A stretch of DNA of 32,000 nt from Candidatus Electrothrix sp. GW3-4 (GTDB lineage Bacteria > Desulfobacterota > Desulfobulbia > Desulfobulbales > Desulfobulbaceae), in NCBI RefSeq assembly GCF_037902255.1, contig NZ_CP147990.1:3480001-3512000 (forward strand), in the 5' to 3' direction. This document shows positions 9,531 to 18,803 of this stretch, piece by piece. Made by a program: the position numbers and the translations under genes. The first letter of the stretch is position 1. Every line of letters begins with the position of its first letter. The notes beneath the pieces were generated by a model. It searched no databases, was not told the DNA's origin, and saw only the letters and a program-made list of their open reading frames with translations.

Positions 9531-11575
9531 ATCGGGTCAGAGGGAGCCGAAGCTCCCGTCTGCCCACAGAACCGTGCGTACGGGTCCGTACACGGCTCCT
9601 CATGTTATACTCTTATCCATCGATGAAGAGGTAACCAGTGCGAATGCTTTTGATCTGACCGTATCTCTTGTCCCTTTTCCTGGATGAACCAAGCAACAGG
9701 GTATGCTTTTTCTAACGCAAAAGTATGAGATAAGGCCCATCGACCATTATTCGAAAATGCCGCGTTTGCTGCACTCTTTCGGCTCACCCCTCTTTTCTTC
9801 AGCTTCTTGAACAGATGGCGACGCCTTTTCTGTTGATCCACCAGACGCGCACGGAGTCTTCTCCGTATATGCGCTTCGATTTTGCTGAGTTGAGATGGAT
9901 ATTCCGTCATCCGATAATACCCGGCCCAACCGACATACCAACGGTTTATCCGCTTAATCGTTTTCTCCAGCGGCAGATACGTGCCTCGCGGTGTCAACTC
10001 TTTGACTTTCTGCATGGCCGTTTTCATCGATTTCGCTGAAATAGCCAGCGTTCCTTCAATGATAGTCATTCCGAGAAATTTTACCTCGCTGGAATGAGCG
10101 ACCCTGCTCTTATCACGGTTGATCTTCAGCTTGAGTTTCTTTTCAATAAATTTACTGATACTGCTCATGACACGCTCTGCCGCTTTGGGCGAGCGAACAT
10201 AGATATTGCAATCATCAGCAAAGCGGCAAAACTCAAGCCCCCGCCGTTCAAGCTCCTTGTCCAGTTCATCAAGCACTACATTGCTCAACAGCGGACTCAG
10301 AGGGCTTCCCTGGGGAGTGCCTTTCTCACTGAGCATTACATCACCGTCCTTCATTATCCCGCTCCGCAGAATCATGCCGATTAAACGGAGTACCCGTTTA
10401 TCATCCACATGCCCTGAAAGAAGATAAATCAAACGATCATGGTTCACTCGGTCGAAAAATTTCGACAAGTCGATGTCCACCACATACTCTTTCCCGCTCT
10501 TCACAATCCGCTGGCCGGATTCCACCGCCTGACGTTGACTACGTCCGGGACGAAAACCAAAGCTGTGATCGGAAAATACCGGATCAAGTATGGGCTCCAA
10601 AAGCTGTTTGATCGTCGCATGAACAACCCTGTCTTTTACGCAGGGTACCCCAAGCAAACGAACACCTGCACCTTTGCCCGGCTTGGGTATTTCAACCCGT
10701 TGCACCGGACTCGGTTTATACCTCCAGCCTGCAAGTTCTTCCGCAAGCTGTTCTATCTCTTCTTTCAGGCTGCTGCCGAATTCTTCGACCGTTACCCCGT
10801 CTACTCCGGGAGAGCCGCCGTTCTTCTTCACTGCCTTGAAACCTGCACGCAAAAATCGCACGTCGCAGAGTTTCTCAAAGAGACTTCTTTCATCAACAAA
10901 CAGTTCCCTTTGTCTCATTTCACCTTCCATTTTGCGCTGTTATTTCATCACTCCGCACAGTCTCTGTTGTCATCGGAAGTATACGTATCCGCTTCAAAGA
11001 CAGTTCCTACGGCTGAGCTCATAACAACATCTATTCTGAGAGTCCGGTTCTGATAACATGTTCCGCCCTTCGGCTCCGGCATTGCTGCCACTTTCCGATA
11101 GTTTTACCCTCAGATACGTCACCGCATCCTCATCGGCTATCGATTTTACGCCTACTATGGCTTCATCTGAAAACCCTCTGTCCATAACAGAAACATTGCT
11201 GCTCCGCTTAGGGCACGGCTGTCGCAGTTACAACCGGCCCGGCATACAGACGGCTCTTCACCGGGTAAGATCACGAGCTTTCATTGCCCACCCACCTCCT
11301 CTACTCTACGGAATACGGAAAGGATATCGGGCTTCGGCAGTCGAGGTTGCCTCGCCCTTTCCGTAAAGCCTGCCAGAGGTTCGCACCGAGCTTGGGTGAC
11401 AAATTTGATTCAGGCTTCCTTCAGATCCGTCATTGGCTCACAGTTACCGGGATATCCCTCCTCGGGCAGCTCCTGTGAGTTTCTTCAGGCACCCTTACCT
11501 TCGTCTACATATTCCCTCCTTTCAGGGGTTATGGCTGGACTTGCACCAGCTAGTTCGTGACCATGCCGGTCACAC
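9531..11575 (-). mobile_element. Group II intron, copy 2 (2,045 bp, reads identical to copy 1)
   Basis: Same sequence as 6043-8087 shifted by exactly 3,488 bp. All six-frame ORFs in the track are duplicated with identical protein strings. The flanks diverge immediately outside both ends. Confidence 0.95.
9605..10930 (-). CDS. Group II intron reverse transcriptase/maturase (copy 2)
   Basis: The 441-aa protein is identical to the ORF at 6117-7442. Confidence 0.97.
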   Translation of the reverse strand: MEGEMRQRELFVDERSLFEKLCDVRFLRAGFKAVKKNGGSPGVDGVTVEEFGSSLKEEIEQLAEELAGWRYKPSPVQRVEIPKPGKGAGVRLLGVPCVKDRVVHATIKQLLEPILDPVFSDHSFGFRPGRSQRQAVESGQRIVKSGKEYVVDIDLSKFFDRVNHDRLIYLLSGHVDDKRVLRLIGMILRSGIMKDGDVMLSEKGTPQGSPLSPLLSNVVLDELDKELERRGLEFCRFADDCNIYVRSPKAAERVMSSISKFIEKKLKLKINRDKSRVAHSSEVKFLGMTIIEGTLAISAKSMKTAMQKVKELTPRGTYLPLEKTIKRINRWYVGWAGYYRMTEYPSQLSKIEAHIRRRLRARLVDQQKRRRHLFKKLKKRGVSRKSAANAAFSNNGRWALSHTFALEKAYPVAWFIQEKGQEIRSDQKHSHWLPLHRWIRV

Positions 11576-12004
11576 CTCCTCGGTCATTTTGCCCTGCTTC
11601 GCACTCATTTTTCTCTGCTCGGCATGATATCCCCCATCTCTTTTGTCCTTTCCCTCCCCTTCTCTCTGATTCTTCATTGTTTCAGGAGAGATTTTCTGCA
11701 CGGTAAAGAGGATTGGTTAGTCGGCACAGCCGGACCTCTTCCTGTTCCCCCTGGTTTTCAGGAGAAAGCGGGGCGGATAAAAAACGACAAGCCCCGAATA
11801 CATCGACAACATTTTTCATCCATCTTATGGTTTTCGCTTGCCTATGCAATCTTTTCAATGTTTGCTATCCATAGGACGGAATAAAGCCTAAAACTCACCC
11901 CTCGTCTCATCGCGATCAGCAAGAAGGCAAAGATTATTTCTGCGCCATGATGCGCAAGCTCATGCATGTCGCTTTCAGATGAATTGAAATCAAGGAGAAG
12001 AAAA

Positions 12005-12535
12005 ATGAGAAAGACAATCAAGGTACTGGCTGGAGCGTTTCTGGTGGCATCATTCCTGATGGCGGGCGAGCAGTCCCTTGCAAAGCAAAACACTGTTGCC
12101 CCACAAGCCATGACCGCAGCCCACAATCAATGGAGAGCCAAATTAGGCATCCCTTCTCTTAGATGGTCCGATCAACTTGCCCATGCTGCCCAAAAATGGG
12201 CTGACCAGCTGGCAAGAACCTCCTGTAGACCCATGCAGAGCAGATCCGGCTACGGAGAGAATCTTTACTGGGCCAGCCCAATAATCTCCTCGAACGGGAC
12301 CAGAAGACTGCAAAACCTCTCGGAGCAGGATGTCGTAGCGATCTGGACCGAGGAGGCCCACAGCTATAACTATGCCAACAACAGCTGTCGAGGCAGATGC
12401 GGCAACTACACCCAGATTATCTGGAAGGATACGCAGGAAGTCGGATGCGGTATGGCGGTCTGCAGGGATAAGGCCCAAATCTGGGTGTGCAATTATTCTC
12501 CTCCCGGTAATGTTATCGGTCGAAAACCATATTAA
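12005..12535 (+). CDS. Secreted CAP/SCP/PR-1-like domain protein
   Basis: The start is moved to the ATG at 12005 (SD AAGGAG 7 nt upstream, then the signal peptide MRKTIKVLAGAFLVASFLMAG). CAP motifs GENLYW, NYTQIIWKDTQEVGCG and CNYSPPGN. Confidence 0.85.
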   Translation: MRKTIKVLAGAFLVASFLMAGEQSLAKQNTVAPQAMTAAHNQWRAKLGIPSLRWSDQLAHAAQKWADQLARTSCRPMQSRSGYGENLYWASPIISSNGTRRLQNLSEQDVVAIWTEEAHSYNYANNSCRGRCGNYTQIIWKDTQEVGCGMAVCRDKAQIWVCNYSPPGNVIGRKPY

Positions 12536-12578
12536 GGTATCAGAGCAACGGGCATCTCTTCCCGTAACCAATAGGAAT

Positions 12579-12914
12579 TTACTCAGCAAACAGAGCTTCA
12601 GCAGGGCTGATTTTACCTGAAAAGGATTTTCTCGCCCTTGCTGATCCAGACAAGGCCTTCACGCAAACATTCACGCAAAGGAAGCAGGCTGTGCAATCTC
12701 CACAAGCCTCCCCTTCTCTCCTTACCCTGTCAGAAACATCAAAAACCTTATCGGGCAAAACCCATGTTTTCCCCTCATAACCGGAATACGTTGACAACGT
12801 TTTTTCCACCATGTTATCGTTGCTGTTCTTCTCAATTAATCGATAATCCGGCCAGCAATACATGACGTCGCCACGCCGGTCAATCCTGAAAACACCCCCT
12901 TGATCCGCAAGCAA
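12579..12914 (-). CDS. Hypothetical Cys-rich protein (start uncertain; possibly not coding)
   Basis: 111-codon ORF containing CGDCTACFLCVNVC (C-x2-C-x2-C-x2-C-x3-C). None of the candidate starts (TTG 12914, ATG 12863, ATG 12812) has a convincing SD. The first lies only 12 nt from the divergent purL start. Confidence 0.3.
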   Translation of the reverse strand: MLADQGGVFRIDRRGDVMYCWPDYRLIEKNSNDNMVEKTLSTYSGYEGKTWVLPDKVFDVSDRVRREGEACGDCTACFLCVNVCVKALSGSARARKSFSGKISPAEALFAE

Positions 12915-12925
12915 AGGATAGAACT

Positions 12926-15900
12926 ATGACCATCACCCGCTTATACCGTCGCATCGACGCAACCCGCGCCTATTGCTTTCATATAGAATCCTCCCGCGCC
13001 CTGACTGACCAGGAACTGCAGCAGCTGCGCCTGTTGCTGGCAGACGGCTTCCTGGCTGACACAATTTCTCAAGCCCCGATCCTGGAAGGGGATCGAGTCG
13101 TCGAGGTCGGGCCGCGGCTCAACTTTGCCACGGCCTGGTCATCCAACATGGTCTCCATCTGCCGGGCCACCGGGCTGAACTGCGTCAGTAGGATAGAGCG
13201 CTCCCGCCGTTACCTGGTCCCTGAGGACCAGGACATACAGGCCTTCATCGCAGACCATCACGACCGGATGACCGAATGCCCCTACCCAGAGCCCCTGACT
13301 AGCTTTGAGACTGGCGTGGAGCCGGAACCTGTCTACGAAGTAGATCTCATGGGCAAGGGACCGGATGCCCTGCTCGACCTGCCCGGCATCTCTATGGACG
13401 ATTGGGATCGTAATTTTTATTACGATTATTTCGTCAACAAGCATCAGCGCAACCCCACCATTGTCGAGATCATGGATCTCAACAACGCCAACTCCGAGCA
13501 CTCCCGGCACGGTTATTTCGGTGGCAAGCAGATTGTAGACGGTGAGGAGCAGGAAGGTACCCTGTTCCAGGTGGTCAAAGAGCCCCTGAGTGCCCATCCC
13601 AAGGGCTCATTAGTGGCCTTTAAGGATAACTCCAGTGTCGTGGCTGGGCATGAAATCACCACCCTCCTGCCCAAGGAGCCAGGCCAGCCTTCGCCCCTGA
13701 AGGCGACCGAGGCCGTGTACCATCCCCTGCTCACCGCTGAGACCCATAACTTCCCCACCGGCGTGGCCCCTTTTCCTGGGGCAGAGACCGGCACAGGTGG
13801 TCGTATTCGCGACGTGCAGGGCACAGGCAAGGGCGGCTTTGTCATAGCAGGTACCGCAGGCTATTGCGTGGCCAACCTGCATATCCCCGGTTACGAGCTG
13901 CCCTGGGAAGAGCAGTACGCCTGCCCCTCTAATCTGGCCTCAGCCCTGACCATCGAGATTGAGGCCAGCAATGGTGCCTCTGATTACGGCAATAAATTCG
14001 GCGAGCCCCTGATCCAGGGTTTTACCCGCTCCTTTGACCTGCGTCTGGACAACGGTGAGCGCTGGGGCTTCCTCAAGCCCATCATGTTTACCGGCGGTCT
14101 CGGCCAGATTGACGACCGGCATATAGAAAAGGAAAAAGAAGAAAAGGGTATGCTCATCGTCCAGGTGGGTGGCCCGGCCTACCGGGTCGGTTTCGGTGGT
14201 GGGGCAGCCTCGTCCATGCTCCAGGGCGAGAACGCCGAAGAACTGGATTTCAACGCGGTCCAACGCGGTGATGCTGAGATGGAGCAGAAGATGAACCGGG
14301 TCATCCGGGCCTGTAATGAGATGGGCGATAAGACCCTGATCGAGGTCATCCATGACCAGGGTGCTGGCGGACCAGCCAATGTCCTCAAGGAGCTGGTGGA
14401 GCATTCCGGGGGACGCATCGAAATCCGCAAGATGCGGGTGGGCGATCCCACCATGTCCGTGTTGGAGATCTACGTAGCCGAGTACCAGGAGCGGAACGGC
14501 TTCCTGATCAGCCCGGAGAATATCGAACAATTCCTGGCCATCTGCGACCGGGAAAAGGTGGGCTGCGAGGTCCTGGGAGAGGTTACCGGCGACCTGCGCT
14601 TTGTCGTTCATGATGAGCAGGATGACACCACTCCAGTAGATGTTGAGCTGAATGAGGTCCTGGGAGACATCCCGCAGAAGACCTTTGAGGATCAGCGTAT
14701 TCCCGTTGGAGAAAACACAAACTTCGTCCCGACAGGGGATGTCCGTGACCATCTGCGTAACGTTCTCCATCTGGTCTCGGTAGGCTCCAAGCGTTTCCTC
14801 ACCAACAAGGTGGACCGGGCTGTCACCGGGCTGATCGCCCAACAACAATGCTGCGGTCCTCTTCAGCTCACGGTTGCCGATGTGGCTGTGGTGGCCCAAT
14901 CGCATTTCGGGCTCACTGGCGGAGCTACTGCCATCGGTGAGCAGCCCATCAAGATGCTGGTTGATCCGGCGGCCGGGGCGAGGATGGCCGTAGGTGAGGC
15001 CTGGACCAACCTGGTCTGGGCCAGGATTGATGACCCGGATCAGGTGAAATGCTCAGCCAACTGGATGTGGGCTCCCAAACTTAAGGGCGAGGGTGCAGCT
15101 CTGAACGACGCGGCTCGGGCCATGCGTGATGCCATGATCGCCACTGGTATGGCCGTGGACGGCGGCAAGGACTCGCTCTCAATGGCCACCGTGGTCGGAG
15201 AAGAAACCGTGAAATCCCCCCGCGAACTGGTTATCTCGGCCTATGCAGCCATGAGCGATATCCGCAAGGTCATCACCCCGGATATCAAAGAGCCGGGCTC
15301 GATCCTGCTGCTCATCGAGCTGGCTCCGGGTAAGACGCGGCTGGGCGGTTCCGCTCTGGCCCAGACCCTGGGCAGCCTGGGCAATGAGAGCCCGGACATG
15401 GATGATCCGGCCCTGCTCAGGCGGGCCTTTGCTGCCATCCAGCAGCTCATTGATCAGGGGCTGATCCTGGCTGGTCATGACCGTTCTGACGGCGGCCTGA
15501 TCACCACCCTGTTGGAAATGGCCTTTTCCGGTAACTGTGGACTGAAGCTTGCTCTAGAAGGCGAAGCGGAAGCCCTGCCAGCCCTGTTCAACGAGGAACT
15601 GGGTCTGGTGCTGGAGTGCCGTCAGGATGAGCTCTATCAGGTGCAGGAAATCCTCGCTGCGGCCGAGGTGGGGAGCACGCTGCTGGGCAACAGCAGTACG
15701 GACAAACAGATCCGCATCCGATACAACGACCAGTCCGTCCTGAGTGAGGACATGCGCGTTCTGCGGCAGGAATGGGAGGAGACCAGTTATCAGCTGGAAC
15801 GCCTCCAGATGAACCCGACCTGTGCTGATGAAGAAAAGGCCAATATCTTTGACCGCAAGGCCCCGGCCTACAGCCTGCCCTTCCGCCTGGAGCCTGCGTC

Positions 15901-16717
15901 CCAGGCCCTGCTGGCCGCCACCAATAAGCCCAAGGTGGCCATCCTCCGTGATGAGGGATCCAACTCGGACCGGGAGATGAGCTCTGCCTTCTACGCGGCG
16001 GGCTTTGAGCCCTGGGACATCACCATGACCGACCTGCTGGCCGGGCGCATCGACCTGGACGGCTTTCGGGGCATTGCTGCGGTGGGTGGCTTTTCTTACG
16101 CCGACGTACCCGAGTCCGCTAAAGGCTGGGCAGCGACCATCCTCTTTAATGATCGGCTCAAGGAGATGTTCAACGCCTTCTACAACCGACCGGACACCTT
16201 CACCCTGGGGATCTGCAATGGCTGCCAGCTCTTCGGCCTGCTGGGCTGGGTACCCTGGCAGGGCCTGAGCGCCGAGACCCAACCGCGTTTTATCCACAAC
16301 AGCTCGGGGCGCTTCGAGTCCCGCTGGACCACGGTACGGGTGCAGGACAGCCCGGCTATCATGCTCCAGGGAATGTCCGAGTTGGTCTTTGGTATCCATG
16401 TGGATCACGGCGAGGGCAAGCTGCACTTCCCGGATGCGACGGTGCGGGCAGAAGTGATCGGGCAAAATTTGGTCCCGCTGGTCTACACCGATGACAACGG
16501 TGCTGCCACGGAGCAGTATCCTTTCAACCCCAACGGCTCGTCGGACGGCTTTGCCGGGCTCTGCTCCCCGGACGGTCGCCATCTGGCTATGATGCCCCAT
16601 CCGGAACGGGCCTTCCTGCCCTGGCAATGCCATTGGCTGCCGCAGGAGATGCAGGGGCTAGAGGTATCACCCTGGTTACAGATGTTCCGCAATGCCTATG
16701 CGTGGTGTGTGGGATAG
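12926..16717 (+). CDS. purL: Phosphoribosylformylglycinamidine (FGAM) synthase, single-chain large form
   Basis: 1,263 aa with AIR-synthase-like repeats and a C-terminal glutamine amidotransferase domain. The catalytic Cys is in LGICNGCQLF and the His/Glu pair in MMPHPER. Confidence 0.98.
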   Translation: MTITRLYRRIDATRAYCFHIESSRALTDQELQQLRLLLADGFLADTISQAPILEGDRVVEVGPRLNFATAWSSNMVSICRATGLNCVSRIERSRRYLVPEDQDIQAFIADHHDRMTECPYPEPLTSFETGVEPEPVYEVDLMGKGPDALLDLPGISMDDWDRNFYYDYFVNKHQRNPTIVEIMDLNNANSEHSRHGYFGGKQIVDGEEQEGTLFQVVKEPLSAHPKGSLVAFKDNSSVVAGHEITTLLPKEPGQPSPLKATEAVYHPLLTAETHNFPTGVAPFPGAETGTGGRIRDVQGTGKGGFVIAGTAGYCVANLHIPGYELPWEEQYACPSNLASALTIEIEASNGASDYGNKFGEPLIQGFTRSFDLRLDNGERWGFLKPIMFTGGLGQIDDRHIEKEKEEKGMLIVQVGGPAYRVGFGGGAASSMLQGENAEELDFNAVQRGDAEMEQKMNRVIRACNEMGDKTLIEVIHDQGAGGPANVLKELVEHSGGRIEIRKMRVGDPTMSVLEIYVAEYQERNGFLISPENIEQFLAICDREKVGCEVLGEVTGDLRFVVHDEQDDTTPVDVELNEVLGDIPQKTFEDQRIPVGENTNFVPTGDVRDHLRNVLHLVSVGSKRFLTNKVDRAVTGLIAQQQCCGPLQLTVADVAVVAQSHFGLTGGATAIGEQPIKMLVDPAAGARMAVGEAWTNLVWARIDDPDQVKCSANWMWAPKLKGEGAALNDAARAMRDAMIATGMAVDGGKDSLSMATVVGEETVKSPRELVISAYAAMSDIRKVITPDIKEPGSILLLIELAPGKTRLGGSALAQTLGSLGNESPDMDDPALLRRAFAAIQQLIDQGLILAGHDRSDGGLITTLLEMAFSGNCGLKLALEGEAEALPALFNEELGLVLECRQDELYQVQEILAAAEVGSTLLGNSSTDKQIRIRYNDQSVLSEDMRVLRQEWEETSYQLERLQMNPTCADEEKANIFDRKAPAYSLPFRLEPASQALLAATNKPKVAILRDEGSNSDREMSSAFYAAGFEPWDITMTDLLAGRIDLDGFRGIAAVGGFSYADVPESAKGWAATILFNDRLKEMFNAFYNRPDTFTLGICNGCQLFGLLGWVPWQGLSAETQPRFIHNSSGRFESRWTTVRVQDSPAIMLQGMSELVFGIHVDHGEGKLHFPDATVRAEVIGQNLVPLVYTDDNGAATEQYPFNPNGSSDGFAGLCSPDGRHLAMMPHPERAFLPWQCHWLPQEMQGLEVSPWLQMFRNAYAWCVG

Positions 16718-16736
16718 TAGGAAAGGAAGGGACGAA

Positions 16737-16766
16737 GGCTGGGAGCTGACTCCCAGCCTTTGTTTT
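16737..16766 (+). terminator. Rho-independent terminator of purL
   Basis: GGCTGGGAG-ctga-CTCCCAGCC followed by TTTGTTTT, 20 nt after the purL stop codon. Confidence 0.8.
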
Positions 16767-17344
16767 CACTCAACATAGTTACATAGACCTAATTAACTGT
16801 AACAAAATCAAAAAATTTCAGAAACGAGTTGTCCGCTTTCGTTTTACTTACTTAAATCTACCTGGCTTCCCATTCCGCCACAAAAAGGAGGAAAAACCTT
16901 CTTGCATCGTAATACCTATCACGATAACATTCGCATTGAGTATCCTTTTTCCTGCCTGATAAGCATCCCACCGTGTAACAAACTCCTTGACAAGGACGCA
17001 GTATGGACCTACTTTCCAAGATAATAGTTTTCTATCTTATTTGTACATTACGACCCTCTGTATCAAAGCATGCTATGCTAAGAGCCCCCAACAGTGGTCC
17101 CGTGAGTGCGAACTGCCATCTGAGTGTTCAGGTCATCCAGAATCTGACAGAAGAGCGGTTGCTCTTTTCGCGGTCAGCCTACAATGGAGCCGGTGCTGCA
17201 GGCCAGCTGATGTGCTAGGTGTTGAAGACAAGCTGACAACTGAGCGAAGAAAAGGAGGTCTTAGCTGAACGGCCCCTGTTCTGTTCCTCACTGCCCGTTT
17301 TCGCTGCGGGCTGCCTGCCGCCGACATTTCCCTTCGGTGCCTGA

Positions 17345-18487
17345 ATGAATGAATTTTGCAATGTGGTTTTTGTCGTGACAGAAGCCTATTCCTGTCCTCT
17401 CTATAAGGTGGGAGAAGAATTCACTGTCCGTAACTTCACCCTGTCCGCGAACCGGGACAAACAGACCTGTCTGCTCCTGATACAGGAATTCATGAAAGTT
17501 CTTGCAACGCCTGAATTCCTTTTAGAGCCCCGGCGCAGAGCGCCTATCAACCCAGTCCCCCCCCTGCAACAGAAAATGCAACGGTTTAGATTTGAATGCG
17601 GCGGCTGTTCCGGGTTAATCCGCTTTGAACGCAAGAAACCGCCCAAAACGCATGCCGTCACTGTGCAGGGGCGGCTGATCGAAGCAAAAAATAGAGAAAC
17701 AGAGAGACAGGCGTCCGAGACGCTACAGAAGAAGCTTTATTCCTTTCTGCGCGGAATAAAGCTCTTTGATCAGCTTGATGTCGACACACTACATTATCTG
17801 ACCCTTCTCATGCAGCTGCGCCGATACGATGCAAATAAAATACTTATTGAGGAGGGAATGCCAGGGACTCATCTGTATATTCTTCTCGCAGGACAGGCGG
17901 CTGTTATAAACAAGAATGGTGAAATCTTCGCCAGATTGAAGCGGGGGGAAATGTTCGGAGAAACGAGCCTGCTTACCGGTAAACCCGCTTATCCTTCCGT
18001 CTGTTCACTGACACCGGTGCAACTTATCGTGCTCAACTCCATAAATTTCAGACAGACTCTTTCAACATATCCAAATCTCAATAGTTTTTTCTGGAACATA
18101 ATAATAACCCGCGCCAAGGCTAACCTCGTCCGCTCCAGCCAGATCAATTCTGGTATGAGCGGCGAATTGGCCTGTATCAGTCTGGTGGACCTCTTTCAAC
18201 TGATCAACACCGGCAGGAAATCCGGCAAGCTTGATCTGAAGTTACAGAATGATCAGGCCTGTGTTCTGTTTAATGATGAAGGCGAAATCGTCCATGCCGT
18301 CTGTGGTCAATTGCGAGACAAGGAGGCACTGTTTGCCCTACTGTCCCAGGAAAATGGCACCTTCACTTATACGGTGGGGAACCTGCCAGAACTATACAGG
18401 AAAAAACAGCAATTGGGCGAATTCATGACATTACTGATGGAAGGACTCCAGCATGTGGATGAGAGCAGGAGCACGGGTGCGCTTTGA
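17345..18487 (+). CDS. Cyclic-nucleotide-binding domain protein with C-terminal DUF4388 (PATAN-like) domain and a Cys-containing N-terminal domain
   Basis: CNB fold from about aa 140-250 (LFDQLD...LIEEGMPGTHLYILLAGQAAV...FGETSLLTGKP). The C-terminus GELACISLVDLFQLINTGRKSGKLDL...GEIVHA matches the DUF4388 signature. The N-terminal 130 aa carry CPLYKVGEEF and CGGC. Confidence 0.85.
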   Translation: MNEFCNVVFVVTEAYSCPLYKVGEEFTVRNFTLSANRDKQTCLLLIQEFMKVLATPEFLLEPRRRAPINPVPPLQQKMQRFRFECGGCSGLIRFERKKPPKTHAVTVQGRLIEAKNRETERQASETLQKKLYSFLRGIKLFDQLDVDTLHYLTLLMQLRRYDANKILIEEGMPGTHLYILLAGQAAVINKNGEIFARLKRGEMFGETSLLTGKPAYPSVCSLTPVQLIVLNSINFRQTLSTYPNLNSFFWNIIITRAKANLVRSSQINSGMSGELACISLVDLFQLINTGRKSGKLDLKLQNDQACVLFNDEGEIVHAVCGQLRDKEALFALLSQENGTFTYTVGNLPELYRKKQQLGEFMTLLMEGLQHVDESRSTGAL

Positions 18488-18583
18488 TCACCACTGGGCC
18501 GGAGACCTCCTTTGCCGTGCTGTGTTTACCCGATAGGCGCCAATTGGCTAAGACGCCTCAGGCCAAACAGGAAGTCTGGCGTG

Positions 18584-18608
18584 AAAAAACCGCCCCACAA
18601 GGGGGCGG
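18584..18608 (-). terminator. Rho-independent terminator (minus strand) of the 56-codon gene
   Basis: The minus strand reads CCGCCCCC-uugu-GGGGCGG followed by UUUUUU. It lies 24 nt after the TAG at 18633-18635. Confidence 0.8.
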
Positions 18609-18632
18609 TTGGAGGAAGAAATCGGTGGGCTC

Positions 18633-18803
18633 CTACCACCGCTCAGTGCCGACAAGCAGACTCACATCCATGCATTTCGCCTTCTCCTCATCGGTCAAAT
18701 GCCCTTTATCATTAACATCTTTAAGATAGCAGGCATATTCTTTACCATCTTTATCGGAGATCCAAACCATCGATTCGTAGCCACCTGTGTGTATTTCATT
18801 CAT
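18633..18803 (-). CDS. Small hypothetical protein, 56 aa (below the ORF-track length cut-off)
   Basis: Hand translation: MNEIHTGGYESMVWISDKDGKEYACYLKDVNDKGHLTDEEKAKCMDVSLLVGTERW. SD GGAGG (18810-18814) lies 6 nt before the ATG. A strong terminator sits immediately downstream, and no competing long ORF is present. Confidence 0.65.
   Translation of the reverse strand: MNEIHTGGYESMVWISDKDGKEYACYLKDVNDKGHLTDEEKAKCMDVSLLVGTERW

Noticed and set aside
9480-11680. Spliced-exon ORF across intron copy 2 (MKNQREGEGKDKRDGGYHAEQRKMSAKQGKMTEE | QGATSKEPSSVLFSNH, ~50 codons)
   Set aside because: It is highly charged and low in complexity, with no SD. It is more likely a chance ORF in the hydrolase upstream region than a gene interrupted by the intron.
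13940-16633. Long minus-strand ORFs (321 aa at 13940-14905 and 359 aa at 15554-16633, plus several smaller ones) inside purL
   Set aside because: They are antisense to an unambiguous 1,263-aa purL in GC-rich DNA, where stop codons are rare. Their proteins are Gly/Arg/Pro/His-rich and low in complexity.
17080-17340. Possible known housekeeping RNA (SRP/4.5S, 6S, RNase P, tmRNA) or c-di-GMP riboswitch in the long leader
   Set aside because: I found no match to the conserved cores I remember: the SRP GGAA-loop region, the tmRNA ends, the RNase P GGAAAGUCCGG motif and the GEMM motifs. The 5' and 3' arms are not complementary as a 6S RNA would require.
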